NCBI RefSeq assembly: GCF_964204645.1
Contig: NC_134029.1
Location: 11,930,850-11,994,849, forward strand
Reading direction: 5' to 3'
Source of the DNA: Tubulanus polymorphus
Lineage: Eukaryota; Animalia; Nemertea
Length of the DNA: 64,000 nucleotides
Shown one piece after another: positions 1 through 16,100 of this stretch. The notes below the pieces were generated by a model. That model did no database searches, was not told where the DNA came from, and saw only the letters and a list, made by a program, of their open reading frames with translations. How positions within the stretch are numbered: the first letter of the stretch is position 1; every line of letters begins with the position of its first letter. The position numbers and the translations under genes are program-made.

Positions 1-1019
1 TAGAATGAAAATTCTGGAAATGTCCAGCTGTGAATTATCGCGTGCCAATTGTCTATGATAACTTCAATTTGAATTCCTCTTTTGGAGTTACAAAAAGGTT
101 CTTCAATCACATCACAGATGATTGACCGTTATCAGAGAAATTTCCCTCACTACCTCAAGCTGGTTTCTTGAAATAGAATAGATGTTACGAAGATAAGGAA
201 GTCCTGACTGGCGAAAGCTTATTCCTTTTTTCTTAAGATCTATATAATCAGTCATCATCTTTGATAGCAGCACATCAAAGTTCATCAGAGACCCTCACTG
301 AAATGTGCTATTTGTGTTGATGTGAGACATCAGAAATGACTCTCGCTTTGATTTTGCAAGAAGTCGTCGAATTTGGAATTTTTCAATTGATCTTCTAACA
401 AGACGTGATTTGCCGAGTCTTTGTGCGCTTGTTATACTGCAAATTTCAGAGATGATGATTCAAATTGCCATAGTTAGGGATATCCTCTGGAAAAAAGCAA
501 TTAACTATGTGAAAACAGACATTGTAAACAATGAACAGGTGTCTATGAACTCACTGACCATACAACTAATGGACCAGGCACAGCATCAATAGATTTCTGA
601 TAAATCCCAAATGGGTCAGTAAGTGCAGGTTCACAGCAATGTGATGCTTGAAAGATACCTTCCAACTTAATGATAAGGGCCGCTGTGATGATGACTTACT
701 ACTCTTCGCTTGGTTTCCTTCAATATCTTGTAAAGTGCAATAGCGTGTAGTTATCAATGTGTCGTTTGCGATTTGATAAATATTGTGCGTGATGTGCATG
801 ATAAATTCGGCTTCTATATCATTCCAAACAGATTAACTTTCTAAAGTAAATTACGGTGTAATTAGAGGAGTAAGATAGTTAAACTATAGAACGTATTGAT
901 TTGCAGAAAATCTTGCTTAAATACTAAAGCCTGAATAACCCAGAGCTGCTACTTTGTGAAAACAGAGGGTCACGTTGTCATTGAGTCATATCTTATACGT
1001 TTGTATTGTATATTTACAG

Positions 1020-1130
1020 GTGGAATGTCAGAATTATATACGAGTTATAACATTACCAGAACCTGGAAGGTTGTTCGTCTGTGGAACGAACGCTTTCGAT
1101 CCAAAATGCCGCCAGTATTTAGATATTTCA
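1020..1130 (+). CDS. Sema1a: Semaphorin exon (Sema domain)
   Basis: tttacag|VECQNYIRVITLPEPGRLFVCGTNAFDPKCRQYLDIS|gtaagt. Confidence 0.95.
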
Positions 1131-4100
1131 GTAAGTGAATGTAAATACCTGGTACTGTATATACATAGATGATTTCATAATGAGAGGATTTGAAACTTTG
1201 AAAAAACTCCTTTTTTAGATTCATTCTATTTATAAGTATTCCATTCCACCATTATATAGTTTGTAAGGGGTCAGTACCAGTGATGGGCAAGGATTGGGTT
1301 CAATCCATTCAAGTTCCTATATAGCATCATACTGGAAAAACAACTTCGCTTATTTAATATTTGGATTATACATGTATCTCCTTAGACACATTGGCAAGGC
1401 TAAACTGGCTTGGTCACAATCAAGATGGTTACCTGGTGACCATTGTTATTCGCCGAAATCAGCTCTTTGATTGATTTTTCAGATGGGTTTTTCATTCAGC
1501 CAATTGTCATGCAATTGAGGGCCATCTTAAGTGTCACCAGTCCTCATTCATAAATGGAAAAATCAGACAAAGGAAAATATCAATATCAGGTTTCAACTTA
1601 TAGCCTTGATATGTGATAATGATTAGCACTGTCATAGGGTACATCTCTTCACATAGAATAAGGATCACCCAGTTTTATTTTCTCACCACCAGAGGAATTG
1701 AATATCGAATTATGTACAATTTTCTATAGCAGGCCTATTGCTATACAAATGGCGTGAACTTATATGCTATAGTTTTCGGATGAAAGCTTTCCCTGTGCAA
1801 CAGAGCATATATTCCTACATATCATGCACAAAAGTATTATCCGTTGTACAATTCTTACGGAACAGAATGAAAAAAGGCCTCTTAAATTTATAGGTCTATG
1901 GGGTCGTGAAAATTTGAACATACAAATATCAATTTCATAAAGCCTATCAAAGAGCAGTCTGATTTCACCTTTGGGAAGTTACAAGACCTGTAGCTCAATA
2001 ATCGATTGCCATTTGTCTTGAAAATTCATGGAAAGGTTGTTTGAATTGGGGTTGCCCAATTTTTTATTCTCCCACCATGTACAATTTTTAGGCCAGCCAT
2101 AGGCTGAGCCTATTACGATACAAATTGAGCGAATTTAAATGACATGGTTTCCAGAGCAAAGGCTCTTTTACTGTGCGACTGAGCATATATTCATGCAAAT
2201 CATTCATTAAAGCATTATCCATTCTCCAAACTCTACGAAGCTGAATTTTGAAAGAGGGCCTCGTTAAAATTTATATGAGCTTTTTCGCGAATATCTGATC
2301 GCAAAAATATTGGTTTTGAAAAGCCAATCAGAAAGCAAAGACTCCTCTATGATTTGCTTAGCCGCAGAAATCAGCAGGTGTTCACGTGAACCTGCGGTAT
2401 CGTCTACCGTTTTATTTCCGGGTTTTATTTTAAGATTTAAAATTGTATTTCAAGATCGATTTCTGTGAAAGCTTTAGTTGATTAGGTTTTTGGGAGGAAT
2501 ATTTTTATTAAGCACTACAGAAAATATCATTGACCATTGTGCAAAGTCCGGGAAAAATAGCTTTTTCTTAAATCGAATAGATGGCCTTGATATGCTAATT
2601 AGCCATGTGCTCAAACTACAAATTCAATCAAATTTTATTCTGCATAAAATATCAATATCCAATTCAATTTTACTTTATTGAACAAATAAAAACATCAAAT
2701 CCAATTCAATTTTGTTTTATTGAGCAAATTTCAGATAATTCACTTCTATTCCGCATTAAAATCAATAAGACCAAGGGAAAAGATTTATCTGAGGTATTTG
2801 TTCCTGCCAGATCCAGTCGCTGTCTGTGCTACTTATGTATTCTACGATTGTATTGTGTAAATTATTAGGTATTGACTCTGGCTGGGAGTGTATTTTGACA
2901 AATTTAACCCACAGAATGCATCATCATTCGCCATTTTATGAAAAGCTGACAGGCTGGCCATAGTGCCCCTTGGGGCTCTTGTTCGTAATTGGAACCTATG
3001 CATATTTTATAACCACTATCAATTGCTGATAGAACGCTCTATGGTGAGATTCAAAGCAATAGGTTTCTCTATAGGTTCACCAGGAATAATGGAATAACAT
3101 AATTTTTCCATATATAATGGTACCTATGCATATTTTGTAACCACAATAAGTGCAAAATATAAGCTCATGGTGTCAATGGACCCTTAGTCCTTATATTTAC
3201 AAAACTCTGTCTTGATTATTTCGTTGGATCTTGATTTTGAAGAAGTTGTTTACGTCCGTTTAAGCCTAAGGTAGAACAAATTTGGTTGAATTCAATCATA
3301 CTTTCACATGACACTACTTTTCAGTGTGATATGCCAATTTAATTCAATTAAGATTTATTTCTACTAAGTATATAGAGATGTTTTCAAATTGATAATAAGT
3401 ACAAGATGCTGTAAGATCATTGTTCACTTTCATTTACTGAAATCTGGCCGAACCATCAATCACTGGGGCCGTCATGAGAAATTTCCTTCTTGTTTTATAT
3501 ATCTAATTTGCAATCTGAACTGGCTATAAACATGTATTTCGCACAACATAAAAATATTATTGATTTTCCATGGATTGGGCAGGACTGAGGGACTAGCATC
3601 TCTATAAATTATTGTCGAAGCTTCGCTTCACCCAAATTTCACCCGCAATAACTTTGGTGTGGGTATCAATGGATCAACAAGAAATATAGAATCAAAATAT
3701 ATATTATTTGAAACCTTTGAAAAAATATGTCAAATGTTTTATATATACTGCTCTCCTATTTATCGTCACTTGTTCGAAGTGCTAATACCATCGAATGGAT
3801 ATGCTTTTTCAGTCATGGCTCTCGGGAAGCGTGTATTATTGTCCTAAGTTCTGTCTCTCACGCAGTGCCAATGCAGCTCAGATATTAATTTTCATATCAT
3901 GACTTTTATGGAAATTTAGTGCCTCTCGAGGAGCATCGATGAAAATTGGTTTGGCTTGGCACACGTTTAAATGTTTTGCCAGTTAATATACGACAGACAA
4001 ATTGATGATGATTATGGAACAGCTAACCGCAACTAACCTTAACTCATTCATCGAATGATTTAGTCATGATTTAGGAAATAATGAAATAGAAATTGTTAAC

Positions 4101-7100
4101 GAACCTATTATCTTCCAATTTTTGAGGATATAGGTACTAATTGTGGAGTCAAGATTCTGATAAGATAGTTTTTATGAAAACAGAAGCCACTTTCTAACTT
4201 GTGACTTGTTAGAAATTGGCTTCTGGTGATTAGTCTGCCATAGTTTTTAATGGCTAGAGACTGAAAATAAATAGTCATTCATGAAACAATCAATGTTACA
4301 TCCAACGTTGCTTTTAAAGATGGATGTCTCAATGGCGCCATTTTTCAAACTATTTATTCTGCAGGAAATCAATCCCTTCTACATACAGATTGCCCTTTCT
4401 CTTCAGCATTGTTGGTTAGTTGTCGTAATGTGTTTGTAATTGTATCTATTCCATTAATTCCGTGTGTACATTTCAGTTCCATGTTTTTAAACATTCTCAC
4501 AGGTAAATTGGATGCTAGCTTTTAGTTGCAATCACATGTTTTTTTACATGGGCCTGACCAAAAATGTTGTGTTTACACAGGTCAAAGCATTCACTTCAGT
4601 GTGAATGCTAATTGGCTCTGGAAGTGACTCACCTGGCTTGTCACTGCATTGTTTAGTACCAAGTGTGTGTAAACGCGTGCCATAATTAGGCATTAGCCAG
4701 TTTGATCCTGGGCCTAATATTCTCCATGTGATGGCAGATTTTGCAAACACCAACCTCACTTTCCTCCAAGCCCAATTAGAGATTTTTGTTGGTTATCAAT
4801 ATTGACTGAGTATATTAGCGAAATTACTAATTACTGCTAGATACTGACTATGATGCATATATCTTAATGTAGAAGTTGTTAAACTGAATAATTTCTTTCC
4901 ACTAATTCCAGGGAAATTATTTATTTGAAAGAGAAGAGGCTGGAATAGCACGGTGTCCATACGATCCCAGTCACAATAATACAGCTATACATGCAGGTAT
5001 GCGACTGGCAAGTACATTCGCACATTCATAAATTGCATTCACAAATAGGCATAAATCTGAAGACATGCATTGGTTATAAGATCATAACCAATTAGTCTTG
5101 AGAAAATCATGTCCTATGTGTGAACTTCTTGCGGATATTATACAATTGCAAGGAATGATTATTTGAGTGCTGTATTCTTCTAAAATTCTTTCGAAAGGAA
5201 ATCCTCTCAGGACATCATAATATTGTACAACTGGTTATGAATCATTAAAAATAATTTCAATAAGAAAGACACAGATTGGTGATAAACCTAATGGCACTCA
5301 TCTTTCTGGAACATTGGAGTACTCCAAGGTGAATACATTAATCAAGCTTTGAGAAATTTTTTTCTATATTTATTTTCTTCAAGGAGGGACACTTTATTCC
5401 GCGACGTACGCAGACTATACGTCAAGGGATTCACTGATATATAGTGGTGCTATTCGAACTGAACAGTTTAATTCCATGTGGCTGAGTGGTAAGTAACATC
5501 GAAATAACCATTTCCGGACTGGTTGAATTTGAATGCAGTGAATGTGTGTGATTACTATGTGTGACGGAGGAGCTGACTATCATCCTGCATTCACTGTCAC
5601 AAAATGCTTGTGTTTACCGGCGCTGTGTTAACAAGACAGCAACATTTCATGAGCTGTAATCAGGGTCATGTTCTATTAGTTCCCTCTCGTAGATCCTTGC
5701 ATTATCATTTTCCTTTTAAAGACCGATGCTTCTATACTGTAGGAAGGAAGCTTTTAAACATGTGGATCACACACAGAAGCTATACATGGTTAATAGCTAG
5801 TTTAAAGAGGATTGGCCTTACATATTGATTCCTTTCATGATAATTATGATAGACATTATAAAGATAAAAGATGAAAAAAACTACATTTTATTTGAAAATG
5901 AAAATTTAATGGGAACGATTTGAATTGAGTAATTTATTCAACAATTTCTATAGAATTTGACATATGTTCATGGTTTGCCTTCAGTGAAACTCTAAGATTA
6001 TTGGTCTGGTTGGTTGAACACTATTTGGTTTGTAGTGAAGATCATAACTACTCTGATTGTACTAGAAAGATGCCTCGTGGCTTTTGAGAAAGACCAAATA
6101 GAAATGAATCTGCTTATGGGACTATGTACATGTATGATATTCAGACCTAATATTTCATTCTCTTGGAATGATTTAGATTGGGTTGATAGTATTGATTTAA
6201 ATTTCATTCAACTTTTACTATAACAAACTTTGTACGACTGCCTTAAGATTAACAACACATTCAGGTTGCAGTTCTAGTATCAGTGTTACTACAGTTATGT
6301 ATTCATAGTGTGAGAGTCAGTAAACCTCATTATGATGAAATTCTTATGAAAATTTTGTTTTATCCATTATTTTTTGTTTAATTCTGTTTTAAAAGAGTTT
6401 TATTGGCTTCCTGTCTCATGCCGTTTGGACTTTTAAGCTGTTACTCACTACTTTTAATTGGCTTAAAGGTCTTGGACCATCTCATCTCAATGAGCTGTTG
6501 GTAGAATATGTGCTACTCGTTAACTCCGCTCCACAAACAATGGTTTGTTTTTCAAAAGACAAGTTTCAAGAAAGAAAGTTGGTGAACAATCTTATAGTTT
6601 CAGGGCACCTTTTTATGGAATATTTTACCAAGACATGTCAGGGATAGTCCTAAAGTTCTTACTTTTAAAAATAGTTGGAAAATATGATAGCAATGAAGCA
6701 CATACGTTCAATGTACATAATGCACAGTATACATTACTAAAAATGGGGAAGCCCCCTAATATGAATGACTAGAATATCAAGTCCCCGAGTAATATTACAT
6801 ATAAACTATGAATTACGCAGCAACGAAGAAAACCTTGAGAAATAAACAATACACTGAATTATAAATGAAATTATATACTGCTGTATTCACAAGACATGAG
6901 ACAATTGCATCTATGATTGAGACCAAAAAAAAAATCATTTGCTGTCATATCTTGCTTCCTGTTCATACAAGATTAAAAACCTTTTTGAGTGTGCTGTTTT
7001 TCAAATTGAAACAAATGTTGATATGGTTGAGAACATAAATGCGGTGAACACGATTGCACAAATATTATGGCTTCTGTATGCATAGGTTTCTTGTTTGTTC

Positions 7101-10100
7101 ATTTGATTATGATGACTGAACCCTCCAGGCTTGGTCGTTGCTAATTGGAATAAAGCAAACAGTGACAGTGATTTTTTCCACGATCACCACGAATGTCTGG
7201 TGCTCTGTGATTCATCCTCGGATGATGTATCACTTTCTCCCTTTATCTCCCCTTATGCCTCCCTCACCTTAACTCCCTTCTTTTCCCTCCTATAATGAAT
7301 TTGACGGTAGTACGTACTTCCCTCACAATGTTATTAATGGTTACTGAGCAGCGATTATATAGCTAACGAAGCTCGTAAATTCTAATAGAATATGGAACTA
7401 TAAATGTGATTTGGCTACGCAATGGCTCACATCGTTTTGTCCTGTTAATAATTGATTGGGAAGATAAAGCAGTGAGTTAAAAGCATTGCTAAACACTATT
7501 AGTTGTTCGCTAGTTTATAACCACATCAAATTGCCACTATAGTCAGCTTAAAACAACTCAGTAAACCTGTAGTATAAATCTAAGCCATTCGGAGTCAAAT
7601 TTTTGAGATGGAAATATCATTTGAAAATCACTGGTTTTTTTAAAGAACTTGTTTTAATGCGATAAGAAGTTAATTCTTAAGTTTCATTTCAGAGCCTCAA
7701 TTTGTGAGTTCGTATGAATATCAGGACAAGGTATATTTTTTCTTCCGAGAAACTGCTGTGGAATACAAGAACTGCGGAAAGGTAAGATGGTACTCTGTTC
7801 TGGGTTTTGTGACATTTTCTGAAGGAAATATGAAACTGAATCATTCCACATCACAGGGTCTAAATGAGCTACATTTTTGAACAAAGAATCTTTTGCTTAT
7901 GCACTTCATTATCATTCAATCTATTGCAACATTCACTCGAGGATTTCAGTATGGTGCTAAGTGTTCATATGAGCCCGATTATAAAAGCGTTTTTGACCCA
8001 TCGGTAAAATTATTGCATGTGATTGCAACTAGTTTCATTCAGGTTGATACTGTCTATGCTTTGCAAATACGGATAGTGATTCCACACTGAACGTCCGCCC
8101 CAGGTATGGCACTATCATGGCCACATATTTTCTGATGTGATTTAAGTTGCCATTGATATATGCCACTTGCCACTGAAATATGTTTTAAGGGTTTATTTGG
8201 GGCGACATTATGGTTTTCAAACAATCCATTTCGCCAGTACAATAATCACTGAGTTGAAATATCTTGTTACCAATGTTGATACTGTAGATAAGCTTGCTTG
8301 AATAATTGAATGATTTACATATCATGGATCGGTCACGGGTCGGTACCCGTAATCCTAGAGGTTCAGTACCAAAAGATAATGATGTATGTAGATAGCAATA
8401 CAAAGATATTTGCAGCATTTGTTCATTATTTGGTGATAGTTGTGAGTTGGATTGTGTGAAATGCATGTTTCTGATGGATATTGGCATTGAAAAGACTTTA
8501 GAAATGAGAGTGACTTCGTTGTGAACGAAAGAAGTTATACAAGTGTGGGTGAAGCTATTTTGAGCAGTCCATATTATATTTTTAAAGCTTAATATGTGAG
8601 TTGTGTCACATCAATTCATTTGAATTTTATTCAAGCAGTCCATATTATATTTTTAAAGCTTAATATGTGAGTTGTGTCACATCAATTCATTTGAATTTTA
8701 TTCAATTTCTGAATGGAAATGTGCAGCACGTTTAAATGACACTGAAATCATTGTTAACGTCATAGTTCATAGATGTTATTTAAAGAAATTCATTGCTGTC
8801 TTCCTTAGCCGGAAATTTGATTTATAGAACTTAATGCATTGCATCAATTGTATAGTGCAACTAAAAAAACTTAATTAGGAATCAGAATTTAAAAAAAAGA
8901 CAATTCCATTAGATACATTTGATATCCTGTAAAGATTAAATAACACAAGCACACCGAGTTCACTGACAGTCTACACCGCAATTCAATATCCTGTGCAGGC
9001 TTCATTAAACACACAAAACAACAGCCTTCGGTTAAATTGGCTTCTAAAGTTTCCATCGAAATTAATTTCATCGCAATTAGTATTGTGGTGCCGCAGTAGT
9101 AGTTTGAGTCGAGGCACTGTTTTGCGCATTCGGGATCTAAATTGCAAATTGATCCAACAGTATCAGGCATCACTCTATAACCAGGTGTAATTTGACATTT
9201 CGATCCGACTTGAGTTATTGAATTGTGGTGTACGTTTTTCGATGCCTTTGAATTGAATCACAACTACCGTGTATGTCGATTGACTTTGAGTTTCTTAATG
9301 GTTTTCCTTAATTAACTGTGACTACGGAGTTGAAAAATCAAAGCACGACAATATCAAACCAGCTTTAGGCAGCTTGATTAGAAATTTCAAATTAAGCATT
9401 GACACAATATCAAATCAGCAACTGGCATGTATGATTACATGATCACTTGAAGGGCTCCATAATCCAAATTTATCATTGTAATTGTCAATCATGTTTTGTC
9501 TTGACTAATACAGTGACTCACACCTTTTTGGAATTAGCTTTGGTTTTGGCTCTCTTGTTTAGGAGAGATAATTTTCTGTCATACTCTGTCTATATTGACT
9601 TTCGTACCTAGCGTACTAGCTCAATTGCCACAGTTGAAGTCAGTTCATCATTCTTTCATAAGAATTGAATTATTTTCCCCGGGGTTTTGTTGATCTCTTT
9701 TTGATACTTACTAACATCAGTATACGTTTGTCTGGAATCATAAGCTGAATTCCAACAGATATGATAAAACAATTCAACAATCCATAAGTTAAATTTAAAC
9801 CTGTCGTAAGACCTAATGATAGGATTTTAAAGCCAATTCATACCTTTTGCATTTTCTTCACAGACAGTCCAGATTGCAAATGATGGTATTTCATTTTGAA
9901 ATAATGTCAAAGGCGTATTCTATTTGAATAATAATGTCAAAGTTCGATGAGCACAACAATGGACACTACTATTCATCTATCTTATAAAGCCGGTTGACAT
10001 TGACAGCAGCAACACATGTTTAATCCTGTTGATGTAGAGGAATTGTAATAAGCTATCAGCGTTCATTAGTTGAATGTATGAGACTGGGAATCAGAAGAAT

Positions 10101-13100
10101 CGAGTCGGCTCAGCATCAGTGTCTCTGTGATCACATCAATGTTGTGCTGATGAGGCTTCATTAAATACAGCCTCGTTTATCTCGTCTTAGTGAATGTTGC
10201 TTGTGCAGCTACAGCTACTTATTACATTATCTCAAAATTAAACTGACGTCTCATCTTTGACTTATCATCATTCCACAGGCTCCGAAAATCCATTCCCTTT
10301 GCTTTAATAACACAACTTCTATTCTCATTTCATGTAGTGTTAGTGCTAGGAGACATTAAAAGTTTCTTCAAATCAAGGCATTAAAGTATCAGTGTTAGTG
10401 TCCTATTACAAATCAACATCAATCAGTATTTGCATAAAGAAGTTAACGACGCTCACTTCATTTGATCTTAGTTTGTTCTCAATTGGAATAAGAAGTTTAT
10501 TTGAATTTGATTTCATTAAACTCATGCGGCTTGGTTTCAAGTTGAATGTTGCTGAGTGAACTATTTCTTTCTGTCACAGAAATTAGCATGAATATAATGA
10601 TGGCTATAATTGGCACCAAACTGTGGCTGTTTCTGAAGTGAAGTCTTAGTAAGATGGATGTTCATTTAATTACAGGCAATTTATTCACGAGTCGCAAGAA
10701 TATGTAAGAAAGATCTGGGTGGAGGTAATAGAATTCTACAAATGGCTTTCACATCATTTTTGAAGGCACAAATTCATTGTTCTATTCCGGGTGACCTTCC
10801 GTTTTACTTCAATGAAATACGTAAGTAGATCCGATGTAATTCCTTGTATTCAAACACCCTGATGGTTTTGCTCTTAAAGAACCTACCTTTTTGAATCAAA
10901 TTATTCGTTTAAGTGAAAATGACATTTTTAGATTTTGCATAGTGTGCCATGTTATATGTAGCCGGTCCTCGAGAATTATGATTTGAACTTAAGAGATTGT
11001 TATGACTCTTATTTGATTGATTTTGGATAAGATTTAGCAGGATTTATTGTATGCATAATTCATATGCATTTTATAGCTCTTCTAGCTTTTGATCTAAAGT
11101 TATGTCCCAGTGAGGCAATTTAACAATCGACTACCTTCTTGGTTTTTCCATTTGCATGAAAATTTAACGCCACTGCTACCAGATTTGAAACGTAGCCTCT
11201 GCACTTGTTATTATGTGAAACCTAGCAACTGATATATCATCAAGTCTAATTACTTTATCGATATAATGCAGAAGTCGACAAATTGGCGCATCCGTATCTG
11301 TAATGTGTTTGTCGTCAATAGTTCTATGAAATGTTTCCGATGAATTATCGACATAAGATATTTATCGTATTTCTTGTACATCGAGATTGAGTTAATGACC
11401 GAACAACATGAGTAATTGGTATTTTCAATGAAGCTTGTTTCATTGAATAAGAAATTATGAAAGATTTCTATCAGGCCTATCAATAAGAAAGTATGAAACA
11501 TGTCAATTAGGCCTACTGCTGCATATCACGATTGTAAGCCACTGCTTTTTATGCATCAACGTTCTTAAATATTAAAATCTTGGAAATCACAAAAATTGTT
11601 ACTCAGCTTAATGAGTATAATTATACCCGGTATCAAATGAACATAGAGCTGGCAAGATCAGTAATTATAGCATGTTTTGGAGAATTTAGAAATTCAGAAT
11701 AAGGCGAAGTTTTAACCCTTCTTATGCAGGGGCAGATACAGGGTGTCGTACCTGCAGCATGTGCGACCACTTAAATTTTTCAAGTGCCCTTTTCAATATC
11801 TCGTAAAAAACCGTCCGGGCCGCAAACAATCTACTGTGCGGACCGATGTTCGATGTGAATTCCCTGCGATTGTGTTGGCATAAAACATGGCATCTCTGCG
11901 CTTGCCGGCTTTTGGAAATATGCTGAAGATTTATTTCTTCAATCCTAATGGGCAAGTCATAATTACCAAAGATTTAGAAAAGGGCACCAAATTAGTCTTA
12001 AGAAATCCGGTTAAGGGCAGAATTTCTTTCCAAAAATTCTCAAGAGGTCACATTCTTATTACATAAGTGCTCTAAAATGGAACACAACTGTATATGATCT
12101 CAGATTAAGATTTGTCTCGGCATTGGAATTTTTTCTAATCATGGAAATTGATTTTCCTCATATATTTTGTTATCTAAACTTGAAATAAGTTTCATGTGTT
12201 AATTAATACTTGAAAAGCATCTCTATCACCATTCTCTATCACCAATGCTTGCCTTAATATTTTTCATATCATCTCATCAAGTCAGGTGTGGATTTAGAGG
12301 GAGGTCCAAGGGGGGTCATAAATTTGAAGGTCCCTCAAAAGAAATCCTAAATGACATTTTTTCCAATTAAGGTGAATAAAAAACTAACAGAAAGCTGGTG
12401 TTTTCTCATGCAAAATGATGAATATACAACGGTATTGTGAATGTGGTTGTGGTATTGTGTATTGGTATTGTGATTAAATTAATGGATTTCATATTCAACT
12501 TCTAAAATCTCACCAAATTCTTCTCAAAATTTCAAAACATTTCTATTGTCGAGTACCCCCTCACAGTGGTTGACAATAAGGGCTATGCTGTTATGCGTCT
12601 TGCATCGTCATTACAGTACCATTTCATATGGTTTCTTTTTATTTCCCTGGACCCCGCCCCTACAAAAGTCTTAGATCCGCCCCTGCAAGTATTGAAATTA
12701 CGTGAGATACAAAGGTTCAGTATCATAGTAATCATTGGTTGTTACTTTTGTTTTCACATATATTTTACCCAACATGCATCAGTTTCTTAACCGCAGGTCT
12801 ATGAAATCTTCTCTTCAGGCAGCTTCAGTGTCTAAATTGCCACATCAGCAGGACTCAGTAGACTATTATGTGAGGCTAATACGTATACATTATCTATTTT
12901 AAGTCAACACTTTTATCTTGAAATTAAGCGGCCAGCATAAGAAAAACATTGGTGAATTTTCAGTGTGATTATTCGTAATTTCAATGTCTTAGATGCTCTG
13001 AGAGGGCTTCAAATTAAAAAGAAATTTCCCTTGCTTTGTTGTTGTAAAAGGAATTCGGAAAGGTGCCCTATTGAATGAGTGCTACCACTTAAATTTGGGT

Positions 13101-16100
13101 CTGGATCTGCCTCTGTTTTGTGATGCAGGCAAGCATATACCGTACATAACTGTTTCCTAGATAAGTGCATTATAATGTGAATAAATGAGAGTATCTTTCA
13201 TACAATGCATGAAATGATGATATTTTCAACAATGTATAATTTCCCTTGAATCAGTTGTAGGTCACGATATCCGTGATGAAAAGATGAGAGTAAAATCCCA
13301 TGATAAATGAAATGATAGCTAAAAAGTTTATTCAAAATATATATTAGAAATATTTCAGGTGGTTGCTACCACTCTTCATCAGTCTAAAATCACAACCAAT
13401 TCATTTATTGTGGGATTTTACTATTAATTTCCCTTTCCCTTGATTATTCTCTATAGCCAAGACATTCTGTCATTGACTCTTTCGTATCAGGCTAAAATGT
13501 TTATATGGTTAATTTTTTTCAGAGGCTACCTCCGGAATGGGCAAAGGTAGCATCGGCGGCATTGAACACACCAGTACTCAAGATATGATCTATGGTGTAT
13601 TCACTACTCCGGAGTAAGTTATGTTATTGGGCCCATGCATGCATTCATTATCACAGAATTCATCCTCTGGGACATGAATCATAAAGTGTCTGGGAAATAT
13701 TTCTCTGAATCAACAATTTTCTCGCACATTTATAAATTTTTTTAAAGTTCTTTTGGCATTTCTCTTTTTAGTAACAGCATTACAGGATCAGCCGTATGTG
13801 CTTATCGCATGTCAGACATCATCAGAGTATTCAGGGGAACTTTTAAAGAGCAACAGACGGCAGATAGTCTTTGGAAACCTGTGGATACACGGCGGATACC
13901 GAATCCACACCCGGAACAAGTAACTACTTAATTTGGCATTCATTCCTCCATAAGTCTTGAAACGTCAAATGTGACAGTCCATTCAATGGCACTATTTCTT
14001 TAAATATACGTATGTTTATAATGTATGTCTACATGTAAATGATAACTTTTACTGATGCATATTTATCAAAGATACAAGTTAATGTGTGGGATCAAGGTTA
14101 TCGGTTATATGTATTTCAGCTTAATGCGTAGTTCAACTAAGATCTTTGAAAGATACTGGTCAGTTAATTTTTTTATGACCATTTTTGTAGGTGGTTAAAA
14201 TCATTCATGTAATAAGACAATTGTCACTTCAATTGTCTCAAAAATTATTGAGGTGCTGAAGGGACATGCCAGTTGCCAATTGCCAGTTGCCAGTTCGGTT
14301 CAAGTCCAATATGTCGTGGAATTCAGTCCATATAGTGTGGAATAGTGCCCTGCTGAAAATAACATTATTAAAAAAGGGGTAATTCGGCTACGCACATTGA
14401 GTTTTCCTACCGACCAACCGAGATACACATAGTCCCTCGATCCATCCGTGGGTTAATCCACGCAGACACCCACCCCCTCGAACCAGCCACTTTATTTAAA
14501 GGAAATCTATGCATTACCCAGCCCCTCAACCCCAGCCACTTCATATAAAGTAAATCTATGCAAATACCCGATCTCTCGATTCCAGCCACTTTATATAAGG
14601 TAAATTTGCTAATGCCCGCCCCTCGATTCCAGCCACTTTTTATAAGGGGAATCTAGATGAATACCCAGCACATCAATCCCAGCCACTTTATAAAAGTCGA
14701 TCTACGATAATACCCAGCTCCTGGATCTCAGCCATTTTATATAAGGGTAATCAGCGCACACAACCATTTTATGTGAGGGTAATCCATGCAAAACCCAGTC
14801 CCTCGATCCAAGTCATTGTGTATAGTAGTTATTTGTAACCCGTCAATTAGAAATCCATGGATATATTCAAGGTACTTTGAATTATTGGGAACTATCTGGT
14901 TCCGTTTTTGAATACAATGTGCTAAAAACATCATATAGAGAGGGCCGCTCACATCATAAATCTACCAATTTCATTTCAAAATATTTTGTCCGTCATTTGC
15001 CGTGCTGAAGGTTTGGTTTGCGTTTGAAACTACTTGAATTTGAAAATGTGTGACATGGTACTAATAATGCAAACTATTGGTCAAAATTTGTACTATGTAT
15101 ATTCGGTCTCTGATTGGCTGGAGTTCCTGCGTTCAGTTCTATTGCGTTGCATATAATCAGCTTATTATGTTTGTTGCGATCGAAAGTAACTGTCCACCTA
15201 CCCTAGGCTGGAGTAGAACATGGCCAACCAGTCGGATACGGCTTGTGACAAGTTGGTAGGGGCAAGGTGGCTTATGCAGGGATGAAAATCTTCCGGGGAA
15301 ACGTGTATTTCCGTGGTTGGAGGTCCACGTTTTTATCATTCTTGAGATTGATATAGATCTGTGGAGAAAATGAGGAGGGGGGGTTTAGGGTTATAAGTTT
15401 AGTACACTTTAAGAACGGACTGTAAAAGCGTCTTATAAAACCGGTGCTACAATCTGTGAAATCTTTTTTACAACGTCAATCTTGGCATATAAGTTGATGT
15501 CAAATCTGGTGTTTAAAATGATCCACAAGACTGAATACTCAGCCACCCTCTGATAGGTGATATCATAATCCTTTTATTTTGAAAATGTTTTTCATATTGT
15601 GAAAAATATTTCATTTTTCCTTTCTACCTATACCCTAGCAAATTTTGGACATAAACCATAAACAAAGGAAAAGTAGAATGTAAGATAGAACTGGCAAACA
15701 ATTTTCAAGGTAAACCACTTTGCCCATGGGCAATTTATTCCACTATGAACTGGCTATTGGTAACTAGCAACTGGCACGTCCCTTCAGCACTTCCATTGTG
15801 CACAAAAAACGTTGTTTTAGTGTTCAAACAAGCATCTTATAGGAGTGGATCAGAGGATATCAAAATTACAGCATTTGGTGCCACCCTTTTTGTAGTGGGG
15901 GCTTGACAACAGCTTAATATTTCATCATGGAATGGTTGTTTGTGTTTTTCTTTCGTATTTTCTTATTCTATCGTTATGTATATTTTTCTGTAATGCCACC
16001 CATGTTTGGCTTTTCTAGTGCGTAAATGATACAACAAAAATCATGGACCAAACACTTATATTCATGAAGACACACGTTCTGATGTATGATGCAGTCCCGG

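Noticed and set aside
10147-10182. CTGATGAGGCT...AGCCTC stem resembling a hammerhead core
   Set aside because: It is followed by GTTT rather than GAAA, so the core is incomplete.
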